Assembly (NCBI GenBank): GCA_963669175.1
Contig: OY769902.1
Coordinates: forward strand, 704,001-768,000
Length of the DNA: 64,000 nt
DNA from: a bacterium
GTDB taxonomy: Bacteria; Electryoneota; Electryoneia; Electryoneales; Electryoneaceae
Direction of reading: 5' to 3'
Shown: piece by piece, positions 19,054 through 28,810 of the stretch
Position numbering within the stretch: position 1 is the first letter of the stretch
How the letters are laid out: the number at the start of each line of letters is the position of its first letter
Notes under the pieces: model-generated
Seen by the model: only the letters and a program-made list of their open reading frames with translations
Databases searched by the model: none
Told to the model about the DNA's origin: nothing
Translations under genes and position numbers: made by a program

Positions 19054-20279
19054 TCGGAATATCCCTGTTCACGACACCATATACGAATGTCGGGAACCTG
19101 ATCATACCTGGACCACTGCTGTCCGAATTTATCTTGCATTTCCGGTGACTGCAGGGGCAGGCAATATGACAGATACCACTGGAACAGGGGACCTGCCTTG
19201 TCCGGCGCACTGGTTTTGATTTCCTCCATGGTACGCAACAAGGCAGCAGAGTAATTCATGCCCATCCACTCCGCCTGGAATTGATCCGCATAACGTACTT
19301 TCCAGCTATCCAGGCCACCCGTACGGAATTCACTCAGCCACGTAGCGGAAGTCTTTCGCACAAGGTTTTTCCGGCCATCAACCGGGGCCACCGCGTGAGC
19401 AAGACCAACCGTAAAACCATCCGCAGCCAGTTTCTCCAGGGGCTCGTTCATATATAATGTCAGCGCGAAGTAGAGAGGCTGCTGGTTCTTCTTCGCTGAT
19501 GGAAGCAACTTTTCGATCAGCATGGTATCGTACGGTCCCTTGCCTTTTCGCATTTCAGCCAATTCATCTGCCGTGATAAAGCGAGGTATACGTCCCTGGT
19601 CGATCAACTGCAGGGCATACCAGTCCGTATTCAACAGGGATCGGTTTACAACGGTTACATCGGGGCGAATATTCAGTATCCGCTGAAGAATCCAGACAGG
19701 ATAGGTGTCGTTGTCGCCATTGGTAACCAGAATGGCGTTCTTTTCAAGCGAAAGCAGGACATTGTAGTTGTAGTCCATGACCACATCCTGCACCACTCCG
19801 CTTTCCAGCAAACGACGCAGAGCAACATCCACCTGCTGCCATTCTCCGGCGCACATGTAGACCGTAACCAGGCTGAACCAGGGGTCCGAATAACCGGGAT
19901 CAAGCTCAACCGCTTTTTCCAGGTATCGTCTCGTCTCCGGTGATTCACTCTTACCGTATCCGGTCATGGATTTCAGGTACAGCATGGTCGGGTTGGCCGG
20001 GTACTTATTTACTCCCGCATCAAGGAGGGGTTCGTAGTTGTCCCAACCAGCATAACGTGCGGCGTACATCCAGTTGGCATAGGCAAATTCGGAAGGAAAC
20101 TGGTCGTTATACGCCTTCCATTGAAGAGCAAGCTGGTTGTAGGTTTCCGTATCGTACACCTTGATTCGTTTGCTGACAACCTGTTCCGGGCGAATAATAT
20201 CCTTCGCCTGCAATGCGCACCCGGTCAACTGGGTAACCACAAACAGGATTGCAAATACGAAAACGATAGAACGACGCAT
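19050..20279 (-). CDS. TPR lipoprotein carrying a DUF2723-type GDNDT domain
   Basis: Lipobox LTGC; TPR-like LEKAVELDPGYSDPWFSL; LVTNGDNDTYPVW...RPDVTVVNRSLLNTDWY; AGGAG RBS. Confidence 0.75.
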   Translation of the reverse strand: MRRSIVFVFAILFVVTQLTGCALQAKDIIRPEQVVSKRIKVYDTETYNQLALQWKAYNDQFPSEFAYANWMYAARYAGWDNYEPLLDAGVNKYPANPTMLYLKSMTGYGKSESPETRRYLEKAVELDPGYSDPWFSLVTVYMCAGEWQQVDVALRRLLESGVVQDVVMDYNYNVLLSLEKNAILVTNGDNDTYPVWILQRILNIRPDVTVVNRSLLNTDWYALQLIDQGRIPRFITADELAEMRKGKGPYDTMLIEKLLPSAKKNQQPLYFALTLYMNEPLEKLAADGFTVGLAHAVAPVDGRKNLVRKTSATWLSEFRTGGLDSWKVRYADQFQAEWMGMNYSAALLRTMEEIKTSAPDKAGPLFQWYLSYCLPLQSPEMQDKFGQQWSRYDQVPDIRIWCREQGYSE

Positions 20280-20313
20280 GACTTTTCTCCTTTGACAGAA
20301 TTCTAACCCCTCA

Positions 20314-20601
20314 CTAGTGGACCATTGCACCTGCTATGATGTTTTTTGAGCTGCGAGCTTTACCTCAGGACAAGGCGCTTGACCACAGACATAGCGGGCT
20401 ATTTCAGGGGAAAGCAACGCAGTCATGGGGCAAAGCGCGCGCTCCCTTCGGGCTTGTCACGAGGCGGCTGTCTGCTGCATTGATTTCATATACAGTAATA
20501 CGCCTCGGCGCACAAGCCCGCTACACCTGCATGAAAACGCCTTGCACCCAACTCGCCCGTGACAAGCAGAACTCCTCGATTCATGTGATCCGGTCCACTA
20601 G
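20314..20601. mobile_element. MITE (about 288 bp), copy 2
   Basis: Left TIR identical to 16971; right end CATGTGATCCGGTCCACTAG. Confidence 0.8.
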
Positions 20602-20831
20602 AACAGTCCTTTTGTTATAAAAAGGTTCACTATGACTCGGAGAGGCTATCGCAATTCGGACCAGGTGGTTTCCCCGCGTTTTGGCAGACTTCTATTCGGA
20701 AGAATTTTTCAACTTTCAAACTTTACAACTTTCCAAACTTCATAACTCCCTACTTGAAATGAATTTTATTTTTGATTTCCCTGTCTGGGTATGTCCACCT
20801 ATATTCGCCATGAACCAGCGAGAGGCAGACA

Positions 20832-22091
20832 ATGGATAAATGGGGTGTTTTTTCCGAGGTCGGACGGCTTCACACGGTTATGGTGCATCAACCGGGATGG
20901 GAACATAACCGGATGCTGCCCTGGAACCGTGAAGCCATGTTGTTCGACGACATCCTCGATATTGATGTTGCGCGTGAAGAGCACAAGAATTTTGTCAGCA
21001 TCCTGAAAACCCAGGGTATTGAGGTCTTACACTTCGCGGACCTGCTGAAGGATGTCTGCGCGGATCCGAAACGCCACGAAGAGGTTGTGCTGGATGTGAT
21101 CGGGGAGGAAGCGCTCGGTGGCCTTGACCCGGCTAAAATTCAACCAACACACCTTCTGATCGGGTATCCGGCCTCCTACCGGTTTGATACGCCTACGATG
21201 CTGGAACCGTTGTTGAACCTGTATTTCATGCGTGATCCGGCCATCCTGATCGATGAATGTATGGTGATCTCGCACCCACGTTTTTCCATACGTCAACGTG
21301 AAGCCAAACTGACTCGCGCGGTCTTCAAGCGTCATCCACGGTTTGAAGGGTTGCGTATTTACGATGGCATCCTCAATGATCCCGACGCCACCCTGGAAGG
21401 TGGCGATGTACTGGTTGCCGATGAAAAAACGGTGCTGGTAGGCATGAGCGAGCGTTCCAATGATGCCGGAGCGGAACATCTCGCCAAACACCTGTTTGAA
21501 CATACAGGGATTGAACGTCTGATCAAGATTTACATCCCGCATCGACATGATTTCATGCACCTGGATACCCTGTTGACCTTTGTGGATCGTCAGCAGATCA
21601 TCACCCTGCCGCATTTCTGGGATCGTCCCGACCTATATGCCGAAGTCGCCCACAATGTCCGTCGCCAGTGCCTTCGCCTTGGATTCGAGTATACCGGGCC
21701 GGACCCGGAATCATTGGCTCGTGGATGTTACATGGAAGCGATTTTCAAGAACGGAAAACGTGAAACCTATACCAACGTGCTGGCTGGACTGGCCAACCTG
21801 GATGTAATCGTTCCTGAAATCACCATCCCTGTAGGTGGTATGGCATTACGATACGCCACCCCGGAAGAACAGGTGCAGGCGGCATTGCGTGAACAGTGGA
21901 ACGATGCCGCCAATACCTTCGCCCTCAAACCCGGCACGATTGTCAGTTACAGCCGTAACGAGGTTACCCGGAAAGCGCTGGAATCGGCGATGGTAGAAGT
22001 GATTCCGTTTATCGGCGGAGAACTGGTACGTGGGCGCGGCGGGGCTCGCTGTATGACCATGCCGCTGAAGCGCGAAGGGGTAAAGGTCTGA
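20832..22091 (+). CDS. arcA: Arginine deiminase
   Basis: GVFSEVGRL, LFDDI, NLYFMRD, LEGGD, FMHLDT, QWNDAANT, GELVRGRGGARCMT with catalytic Cys. Confidence 0.92.
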   Translation: MDKWGVFSEVGRLHTVMVHQPGWEHNRMLPWNREAMLFDDILDIDVAREEHKNFVSILKTQGIEVLHFADLLKDVCADPKRHEEVVLDVIGEEALGGLDPAKIQPTHLLIGYPASYRFDTPTMLEPLLNLYFMRDPAILIDECMVISHPRFSIRQREAKLTRAVFKRHPRFEGLRIYDGILNDPDATLEGGDVLVADEKTVLVGMSERSNDAGAEHLAKHLFEHTGIERLIKIYIPHRHDFMHLDTLLTFVDRQQIITLPHFWDRPDLYAEVAHNVRRQCLRLGFEYTGPDPESLARGCYMEAIFKNGKRETYTNVLAGLANLDVIVPEITIPVGGMALRYATPEEQVQAALREQWNDAANTFALKPGTIVSYSRNEVTRKALESAMVEVIPFIGGELVRGRGGARCMTMPLKREGVKV

Positions 22092-22150
22092 AGCGCTTGT
22101 TCAGGCAAAAATATAACATTGCAACATATTGAAATTGCGGCATTTGTTTG

Positions 22151-22306
22151 TGTGGTCCGGTGTGCTTACACCCGGGTAGTTCACTTCGCGGGAATGTCGT
22201 CTATGTGTTCCATCCCAACTCACATTCAAGAATGATTATAGAATAACGAAGTACTTTGCTCCGGTAAGAAACACAACAGCCCGGGTGCAAGCACACCGGG
22301 CCACAC
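22151..22306. repeat. Inverted pair of REP-like palindromes
   Basis: TGTGGTCCGGTGTGCTTACACCCGGG and CCCGGGTGCAAGCACACCGGGCCACA. Confidence 0.6.
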
Positions 22307-22370
22307 GACCTCGGGATAAAGCGCCATTACAAAGTGGTGTAATCCGGTTTATCGTAGAAAAACAAGAATG

Positions 22371-22408
22371 AAAACCGGGACAGACCACAAAGGGCCAGTC
22401 CCGGTTTT
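22371..22408. terminator. Probable bidirectional terminator hairpin
   Basis: AAAACCGGGAC...GTCCCGGTTTT between convergent genes. Confidence 0.6.
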
Positions 22409-22434
22409 ACATCAGCAATAAAATCGCTTAGAAT

Positions 22435-23607
22435 CTAGTTTTCCAGCAACCGCCAGTCCGGTATAAAGGGATGGTCGCTATCCAGGTTATCCACCAGGAT
22501 GTTTTCCTCGCCGGTTATCACATTGACGGTCATAACGGCCAAAAGGCCATCTTCCTCTTCCACGGTCAATGCAACAAGCCTCTCGTCCAGCATGGTGACT
22601 GGCGCCCAGGCCGGCGCTGCGAGATGCAGCATGGTCGGGTCCGGCAGCACGATGGGAAGCGAAACCGGAACCTCCATCGGCGCTTCATCTTCATCCATGA
22701 TCACAACCAGCTTGGGTGTCCCACCATAAACATTTACAAACAGGGCAATCTCGCCTTTCGTTGACCAGCTCAAAGTAGCTGCACCGGTACCGATGGCGGA
22801 GAAATCATAGGTTTCTCGAAGATTGAAACCATCAGAGCTGAACGAGAGCAGGTGAATCGTTGTGGCGTTTTCTTCGCCGTCCGCACCATCAATATATGCC
22901 AACCTGTTTCCGGTGCCATCATCATACTTCACTTTCGGTGATATGGCCTGCGTGGTATAGGTTGCAGCTATCTCCTGGTCAAAGACGTCCCACATTTCAA
23001 TCTTGGATTGAGTCGCATCTTCCGTGTTGATGAGGCTGAATAAAACAAACTGGCTGGAAACATTGTCATATTGAACGGAGGGGTCTATTTCCCAAGGTTC
23101 CTCTACGTTTCGAATCGTAAGGGAATAGTCATAATCTACATCTGTGCCACTTTTCTGGTAGATGTTCAACTCCTGTCCGGCGCCGTCATATCGTACCGCA
23201 ATAATGCGTGAAGCTGCCGGCGACCAGGCATATGCTCCCAGGTACACCATGTCCGCTACAATGCTGTTGCTGCCATCCTGATCATAAACACGCAAGCTGG
23301 AATAATCCTCGTTGGGTTGTACCAGAATACGTGCTCTTTCCGAAGTGGATGTTGGCGCCCACGATGCTTTATACTGGTAGTCGCCGTCAGTTGTGCGCCA
23401 GTAATACGCTTCTGTCGAGTCACCGGGATCAATAGTGCCTACCAGGCCACCTTCATCCATGAAAAGAATGGTTTTAAGTGGGGGACCATAGGTTCGTTCC
23501 GGGGTGGGATAATGGTTCTCATTATCCGGACAACCGCCGAAGATGATTAACACCCCCACCATGAGCAGCGCTAAAAAGAGCCGCCCGTAACCGTGCTTTG
23601 TCAGCAT
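22435..23607 (-). CDS. Hypothetical lipoprotein, possible beta-propeller (TolB-like WSP repeats)
   Basis: Lipobox FGGC; repeated ASWAP/AWSP/LSWS/AWAP motifs; AGGAGG RBS. Confidence 0.7.
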   Translation of the reverse strand: MLTKHGYGRLFLALLMVGVLIIFGGCPDNENHYPTPERTYGPPLKTILFMDEGGLVGTIDPGDSTEAYYWRTTDGDYQYKASWAPTSTSERARILVQPNEDYSSLRVYDQDGSNSIVADMVYLGAYAWSPAASRIIAVRYDGAGQELNIYQKSGTDVDYDYSLTIRNVEEPWEIDPSVQYDNVSSQFVLFSLINTEDATQSKIEMWDVFDQEIAATYTTQAISPKVKYDDGTGNRLAYIDGADGEENATTIHLLSFSSDGFNLRETYDFSAIGTGAATLSWSTKGEIALFVNVYGGTPKLVVIMDEDEAPMEVPVSLPIVLPDPTMLHLAAPAWAPVTMLDERLVALTVEEEDGLLAVMTVNVITGEENILVDNLDSDHPFIPDWRLLEN

Positions 23608-23812
23608 ACTGCCTCCTGAAAACTTTGTATCGTAACCGGGAACCCTTGCCCGGTATGTTATCGAGGTGACATTCTGCAAGCAATATAATGCTGTGAATAC
23701 CTGTTTTCGAAACGATAACGCCTACTTTTTTGATACAATTACAATTAAACAACCCTAAAAAAAACGGATACCCAACAGGATATCCGCCTGAAAAAACGAT
23801 AAAAATGTCTGT

Positions 23813-24562
23813 CTACTCTAACGCTTCCAGCATTTCCGGATCAATGTCGAAGTTGGAATATACTTTCTGGATATCATCATGATCTTCCAGGTATTCCATC
23901 AGGTTGACCAGGCTTTTGACGTGTTTTTCCTGCACGGGAACCGAAGTTCCTGCGACCATGGTGGATTCCGCTTCGGTGATCGTGAGTCCGGCGTCTTCCA
24001 GCGCCTTGCGGACATCTTCGAGGGTAGAAGGTTCTGTCACCACCGTGAAGGTGCCGTCATCTTCCTGTTCAATATCCTCCGCACCGGCTTCCAGCGCGGC
24101 TTCCATGATATCATCTTCCGACTTGTCGCCCGGGTCAATGGTAATCTGGCCCTGACGACTGAACAGGTAAGCCACCGCGTTTGAATCGGCCAAGTTGCCG
24201 TTATACTTGCTGAAGGCATGGCGGACTTCGGAAAGCGTACGGAGCTTGTTGTCGGTCATGGCATCGATCAGGATTGCGCATCCTCCGGGGCCATACCCTT
24301 CATACGTGATCTCTTCATATACCGTACCTGGTAGTTCGCCAGTACCTTTCTTGATGCCACGTGTGATGTTTTCCTGTGGCATGTTGGCTGCCTTTGCGGC
24401 AAGCACTGCGGTTCGAAGGCGCGGGTTGGCATCCGGATCACCACCGCCCATTCGTGCTGCAACCGTAATTTCTTTTATCAATCGTGTGAAAACCCGCCCA
24501 CGAGCGGCATCGGTTTTCTCTTTTTTCCGGCGAATCGTCGCCCATTTTGAATGACCTGACAT
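23813..24562 (-). CDS. yebC: YebC/PmpR family protein
   Basis: MSGHSKWATI, GGGDPDANPRL, YEGYGPGG, DDIQKVYSN. Confidence 0.97.
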   Translation of the reverse strand: MSGHSKWATIRRKKEKTDAARGRVFTRLIKEITVAARMGGGDPDANPRLRTAVLAAKAANMPQENITRGIKKGTGELPGTVYEEITYEGYGPGGCAILIDAMTDNKLRTLSEVRHAFSKYNGNLADSNAVAYLFSRQGQITIDPGDKSEDDIMEAALEAGAEDIEQEDDGTFTVVTEPSTLEDVRKALEDAGLTITEAESTMVAGTSVPVQEKHVKSLVNLMEYLEDHDDIQKVYSNFDIDPEMLEALE

Positions 24563-24638
24563 CCACGTTCTCCTGCAATACGGTCAAACCAAAACGTTAT
24601 CCTTCAGTCACTTGCTGATGATAACGAGCTGTTGTGTC

Positions 24639-25061
24639 TTACTTTTCCGCCCTGTTCTCCGCATACCAGCTTTTAATATAATCAATTGGGGTGTTGGTTG
24701 GGGTACCCGGACCGAACAGTTTGCCTACACCAATAGTTTCCAATTCCGCCATATCCTCATCGGGAATGATACCGCCACCGGTCAGCAAGACATCGTCCAT
24801 GCCGTTTTGATTCATCAATTCCCTGACACGCCTGAACTGGGTCATGTGCGCACCGGAAAGAACCGACAGCGCTATAACGTCCGCATCTTCCTGCAGCGCA
24901 GCTTCTACAATCATGTCCGGAGTTTGACGCAATCCGGTGTAGATTACCTCAAACCCGGCATCCCGAAATGCTGCGGCCATGACTTTTGCGCCCCGATCAT
25001 GACCGTCCAACCCTGGCTTGGCTAATATGATCCGAATCCTGTGTTCACTGCTTTCGTTCAT
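24639..25061 (-). CDS. Cobalamin-binding small subunit of acyl-CoA mutase (IcmB/MutB-like)
   Basis: [39 protein letters not shown]. Confidence 0.95.
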   Translation of the reverse strand: MNESSEHRIRIILAKPGLDGHDRGAKVMAAAFRDAGFEVIYTGLRQTPDMIVEAALQEDADVIALSVLSGAHMTQFRRVRELMNQNGMDDVLLTGGGIIPDEDMAELETIGVGKLFGPGTPTNTPIDYIKSWYAENRAEK

Positions 25062-25142
25062 GACAGCCTCGCTTGTGTTTCCGCAATCCGGAGAGGATCA
25101 CCACGCAATGTACAATCTTAACGTCAGTTATTACAACAAATG

Positions 25143-28100
25143 CTACCCTTGTTTCATCTGTTCGATTGATTCCAGGGCATCGCTGAGGTCACGCACCCGA
25201 TAAGGTTTGGCCACGACCCCCTTGAATCCATACCTGGTATAATCCGCCATCACCGGGTCGGTGGAATAACCACTGGATACAATCGCGGTTACTTTCGGGT
25301 CAAGCTCCAGGAGTTTTACCACTGTCTCCTGCCCCCCCATACCTCCTGGAATTGTGAGGTCCATGATCACCATTTTGTAGGGGTCGCCTTCCTCCCGGGC
25401 CTGCTGATAAAGCTCCAGAGCCTGGTGACCGTTCTCCGCCTCATCTACCGCATACCCCATATGTTCGAGCATTTCCCGGGCAACTTCACGTACGGCAACC
25501 TCGTCATCCATGACCAGTATTTTTCCCTGGCCCTGGTGGCTGATTACATTCTCTGTTACCTGAGCTTCAATTATCTTTCCCGATGCCGGCAGGTAAATGG
25601 AAAATGTTGTTCCCTGGTTGATTTGAGATTCCACCGTAATGTGCCCATTATGCTTGGCAATAATGGAGAAGCAGGACGCCAACCCCAAACCGCTGCCACT
25701 TCGTTTGGTTGTGTAATATGGGTCGAAGATTTTATCCAGGTTGCCCCGTGGAATGCCCACCCCCTGGTCGGAAATGTCGATACGTATATAGTTGCCGGTC
25801 TGAACGGGTAAAATCGAGTCTTCATTGAGCGCCACATTGGCTGCGGTTAATCGGATTAACCCGCCATCCGGCATGGCCTGCATGGCATTGATTACCATAT
25901 TGTTGATCACCTGGCTTATTTGTCCGGGATCCACTTCAACAGGTTGAAGATCATCGGGGAGGTTCAAAATACTGCGCACCCGTGAACCACGAAGGGCAAA
26001 TTCTGTTGTTTCACGAATAATCTCTTCGATGGCGATGGTTTTCTTTATTGGTGCGCCACCTTTAGAGAAGGTCAGTAGTTGTTGAGTCAGATCTTTTGCT
26101 CGCAACGCTGCGCTTTCCGCAACTTCCAGACGCTCGTGCAGTTTCTTTTCCTTGGCCAGCACCTGGGCGATGCTGATATTGCCCAACACAGCCGCGAGAA
26201 TATTGTTGAAGTCATGGGCAATACCGCCAGCAAGCAGCCCCAGCGATTCAAGTTTCTGAGCTTTCAGAACTTCCTGTTCAAGCTTGCGCTGTTCGGTAAT
26301 GTCGCGGAACACCAGCACGACACCAATGATCTCGCTCCGGCTATCGCGAATAGGCGCTGCGCTGTCGGAAATAATTCGTTTTACACCGTTTTGGGCTATC
26401 AACATCCCTTCATACTCTGTAGCAATAGCGCCGCCCTGGACCAACACTTCTGCAACGGGGTTTGGAGCCCGACGCTCCGTTTTTTCATCAACCAGGTTGA
26501 AAACATCACTGATCAATTTTCCGATCGCGTCTTCACGTTCCCAGCCGGTCAATTCGGAGGCATGCTTGTTCATCAGAACAACACGTCCTTCGATATCCGT
26601 GGAAATAACCGCATCACCGATCGAGCTTAGAGTTACCGCCAGCCGTTCTTTCTCTTCAGCCAGCAGCTCTTCCGCTTCTTTGCGTTCTGTGATGTCGAAG
26701 GTGACCCCGTTGACACATGCTTTGCCTTCAACCTGGTGTTCAGCAGGCGTGGCTACATCGTATAACCAGCGAACAATGCCGTTTTTCTGGAAAACGCGAT
26801 ATGTGCAGGTTGCGCTTTCACCCGCAAGCAGTTTTTGATCAAATTTACGCGCCAGGCCGATATCGTTAGGGTGAAGCAGGTTGTTCCACAGGCTGGCGCC
26901 ATCACGAATGAATTCTTCCGGTTTATATCCTGTAATCCTATCAATATTTTCAGAGAAGAATGTGTAATGGTACACGCTGGTTTCTTTATCTATTTCCGCA
27001 CTCCACAACGCAGCGTATACCGAATCGACAACATTTCTGAGCTGTTCTTCGCGTCGCCTCAGAGCTTCTTCCGCACGTTTCCGCTCGGAGATGTCCCGGT
27101 AAATACCATACACTGCAAGTTGTTGTCCGCCAAGCACAATAGGATTTCCCAAGATAGACACTTCAACCCTTTTTCCATCCTTGGTCTGGCGCCATGTTTC
27201 CACGTTGATCGGATCCCCGATAGCCACTTTATGGGTCAGCTCAAGTCCTTCATCCATCATCTCGCTTGGTACGATGAGGTCGTTGATCATCTGGCCGACA
27301 GCTTCTTCCGGTGTGTACCCGAACAGTGTAGTAAAATAACGGTTTATGCTGAGTACGCTATCGTCGTTAGACAACAGGGCAATCGCTTCCGGGGCGCCAT
27401 CGAACAACTCTTGCTGATAAACGGTGAGAACTTCCAGCTCCTTCTCTGCCCTGATTCGGTCGGTCATATCCAGACCAACAGCAATACCGCCGATTATATT
27501 GCCTTCTGCATCTGTCAAGGGTGCAAAATTCACCGAGATGTGTATTTCTACCTCGTCTTCATGTAGCGCGTATGGCCCTTCATAATCACAGTTTTTTCCT
27601 TTTAAAGCACTTTCAAAACACTTGACAATCCGTTTGTTCGACAGCTCTCCCAAAGGAAGATCCAGCAGCTCTTCACGTGTACTCTGAAACAGATCAACCA
27701 TTCTCTGGTTAAACTGAACCAGCTTCAAGTCTGTATCGAACAGGCAGACCGCGGCAGGAGAATCATGGAACAGGGTACGGTAACGGTTTTCAGAAGCACG
27801 CAGCATTTCTTCTGTTTGCTTCCGTTCAATGGCAAGCGCGATATGGTCTGAAACAAATTCAAGGATTTCTACATCTGCGTCGGTGTACAACCTGGGGTTG
27901 GTATAACTCTGAAGCGCAACAACCCCGATATCACCATGAGGGGTGCGCAAGGGAGCGCCCAACCAGACTTCTGAATCGGCCCCGAAGAGTACCACTTCTC
28001 CTTCTTCAACAAGACTGTTGAAAATTTCCGGGGTTGCACAGATGGATTTCCCGGTGCGCCTTACATAGTCTGTGAGGCTGCCTTCCAGGGGGAGAACTTC

Positions 28101-28724
28101 CCCGTCTTCACCGGTATCATCATGCTCGTCAACCAGATAGGGAAATGTGTATCCCCGTTCTTCTTCATGGTACAACGCGACATAGAAGTTCTTCGTGTCC
28201 AGCAAATGGCTGAGTTCAGCATGGATGACAGAGAGTAATTCCTCTAGATCGCCTGCTGTTGATGTTGCGATTGCAATATTGATTAACATCTGGTTGATAA
28301 TATCGGTGCGTTTCTGCTCGGTTATATCCCGCATTACACAGAGGAGATACGTTGTATCATTCAGCTCTATCGGGTGTAAGCTGACGATAAAATAGAGAGA
28401 CCTGCCATCGGTATGCAGATGCTCCCATTCAAACTCCTGTTCGCCTTCCCTGAAAGCGGTTTCTATCAGCTCGGCGCTTTTTTCGTTGGAAGGACCCCCC
28501 CCCGGTTGCACTCGTGGCGAAATAATATCTGGAGACAGTCCAACCAGTTGTTCACGATAGCGTCCCAAAACATCAATAGCCGCATCATTACAATCCCTGA
28601 TGACCCCCTCCTGATCAAGGATCATGATAGGGTCACGAGACTGGTGGAACAGCACCCTGTGAAAAGCTCCACTCTGTTCCAGTGCCTGATGCAACGGTAT
28701 GCTAACCTGCGCTTGCCCGTCCAT
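25143..28724 (-). CDS. Cytoplasmic hybrid sensor histidine kinase (multiple PAS, GAF, HisKA, HATPase, receiver)
   Basis: LAGGIAHDFNNIL, NAMQAM, DQGVGI, GSGLGL, ILVMDDE, MDLTIPGG; PAS-C signatures (RDITE); no TM segments. Confidence 0.95.
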   Translation of the reverse strand: MDGQAQVSIPLHQALEQSGAFHRVLFHQSRDPIMILDQEGVIRDCNDAAIDVLGRYREQLVGLSPDIISPRVQPGGGPSNEKSAELIETAFREGEQEFEWEHLHTDGRSLYFIVSLHPIELNDTTYLLCVMRDITEQKRTDIINQMLINIAIATSTAGDLEELLSVIHAELSHLLDTKNFYVALYHEEERGYTFPYLVDEHDDTGEDGEVLPLEGSLTDYVRRTGKSICATPEIFNSLVEEGEVVLFGADSEVWLGAPLRTPHGDIGVVALQSYTNPRLYTDADVEILEFVSDHIALAIERKQTEEMLRASENRYRTLFHDSPAAVCLFDTDLKLVQFNQRMVDLFQSTREELLDLPLGELSNKRIVKCFESALKGKNCDYEGPYALHEDEVEIHISVNFAPLTDAEGNIIGGIAVGLDMTDRIRAEKELEVLTVYQQELFDGAPEAIALLSNDDSVLSINRYFTTLFGYTPEEAVGQMINDLIVPSEMMDEGLELTHKVAIGDPINVETWRQTKDGKRVEVSILGNPIVLGGQQLAVYGIYRDISERKRAEEALRRREEQLRNVVDSVYAALWSAEIDKETSVYHYTFFSENIDRITGYKPEEFIRDGASLWNNLLHPNDIGLARKFDQKLLAGESATCTYRVFQKNGIVRWLYDVATPAEHQVEGKACVNGVTFDITERKEAEELLAEEKERLAVTLSSIGDAVISTDIEGRVVLMNKHASELTGWEREDAIGKLISDVFNLVDEKTERRAPNPVAEVLVQGGAIATEYEGMLIAQNGVKRIISDSAAPIRDSRSEIIGVVLVFRDITEQRKLEQEVLKAQKLESLGLLAGGIAHDFNNILAAVLGNISIAQVLAKEKKLHERLEVAESAALRAKDLTQQLLTFSKGGAPIKKTIAIEEIIRETTEFALRGSRVRSILNLPDDLQPVEVDPGQISQVINNMVINAMQAMPDGGLIRLTAANVALNEDSILPVQTGNYIRIDISDQGVGIPRGNLDKIFDPYYTTKRSGSGLGLASCFSIIAKHNGHITVESQINQGTTFSIYLPASGKIIEAQVTENVISHQGQGKILVMDDEVAVREVAREMLEHMGYAVDEAENGHQALELYQQAREEGDPYKMVIMDLTIPGGMGGQETVVKLLELDPKVTAIVSSGYSTDPVMADYTRYGFKGVVAKPYRVRDLSDALESIEQMKQG

Positions 28725-28810
28725 GCTTCTCCCACTCCCTGTGGACGGTTAACTTTGATCCATCCACCAAGATGGAAACCATGTGAACCCCGGCATTACT
28801 ACGAAGTCCA

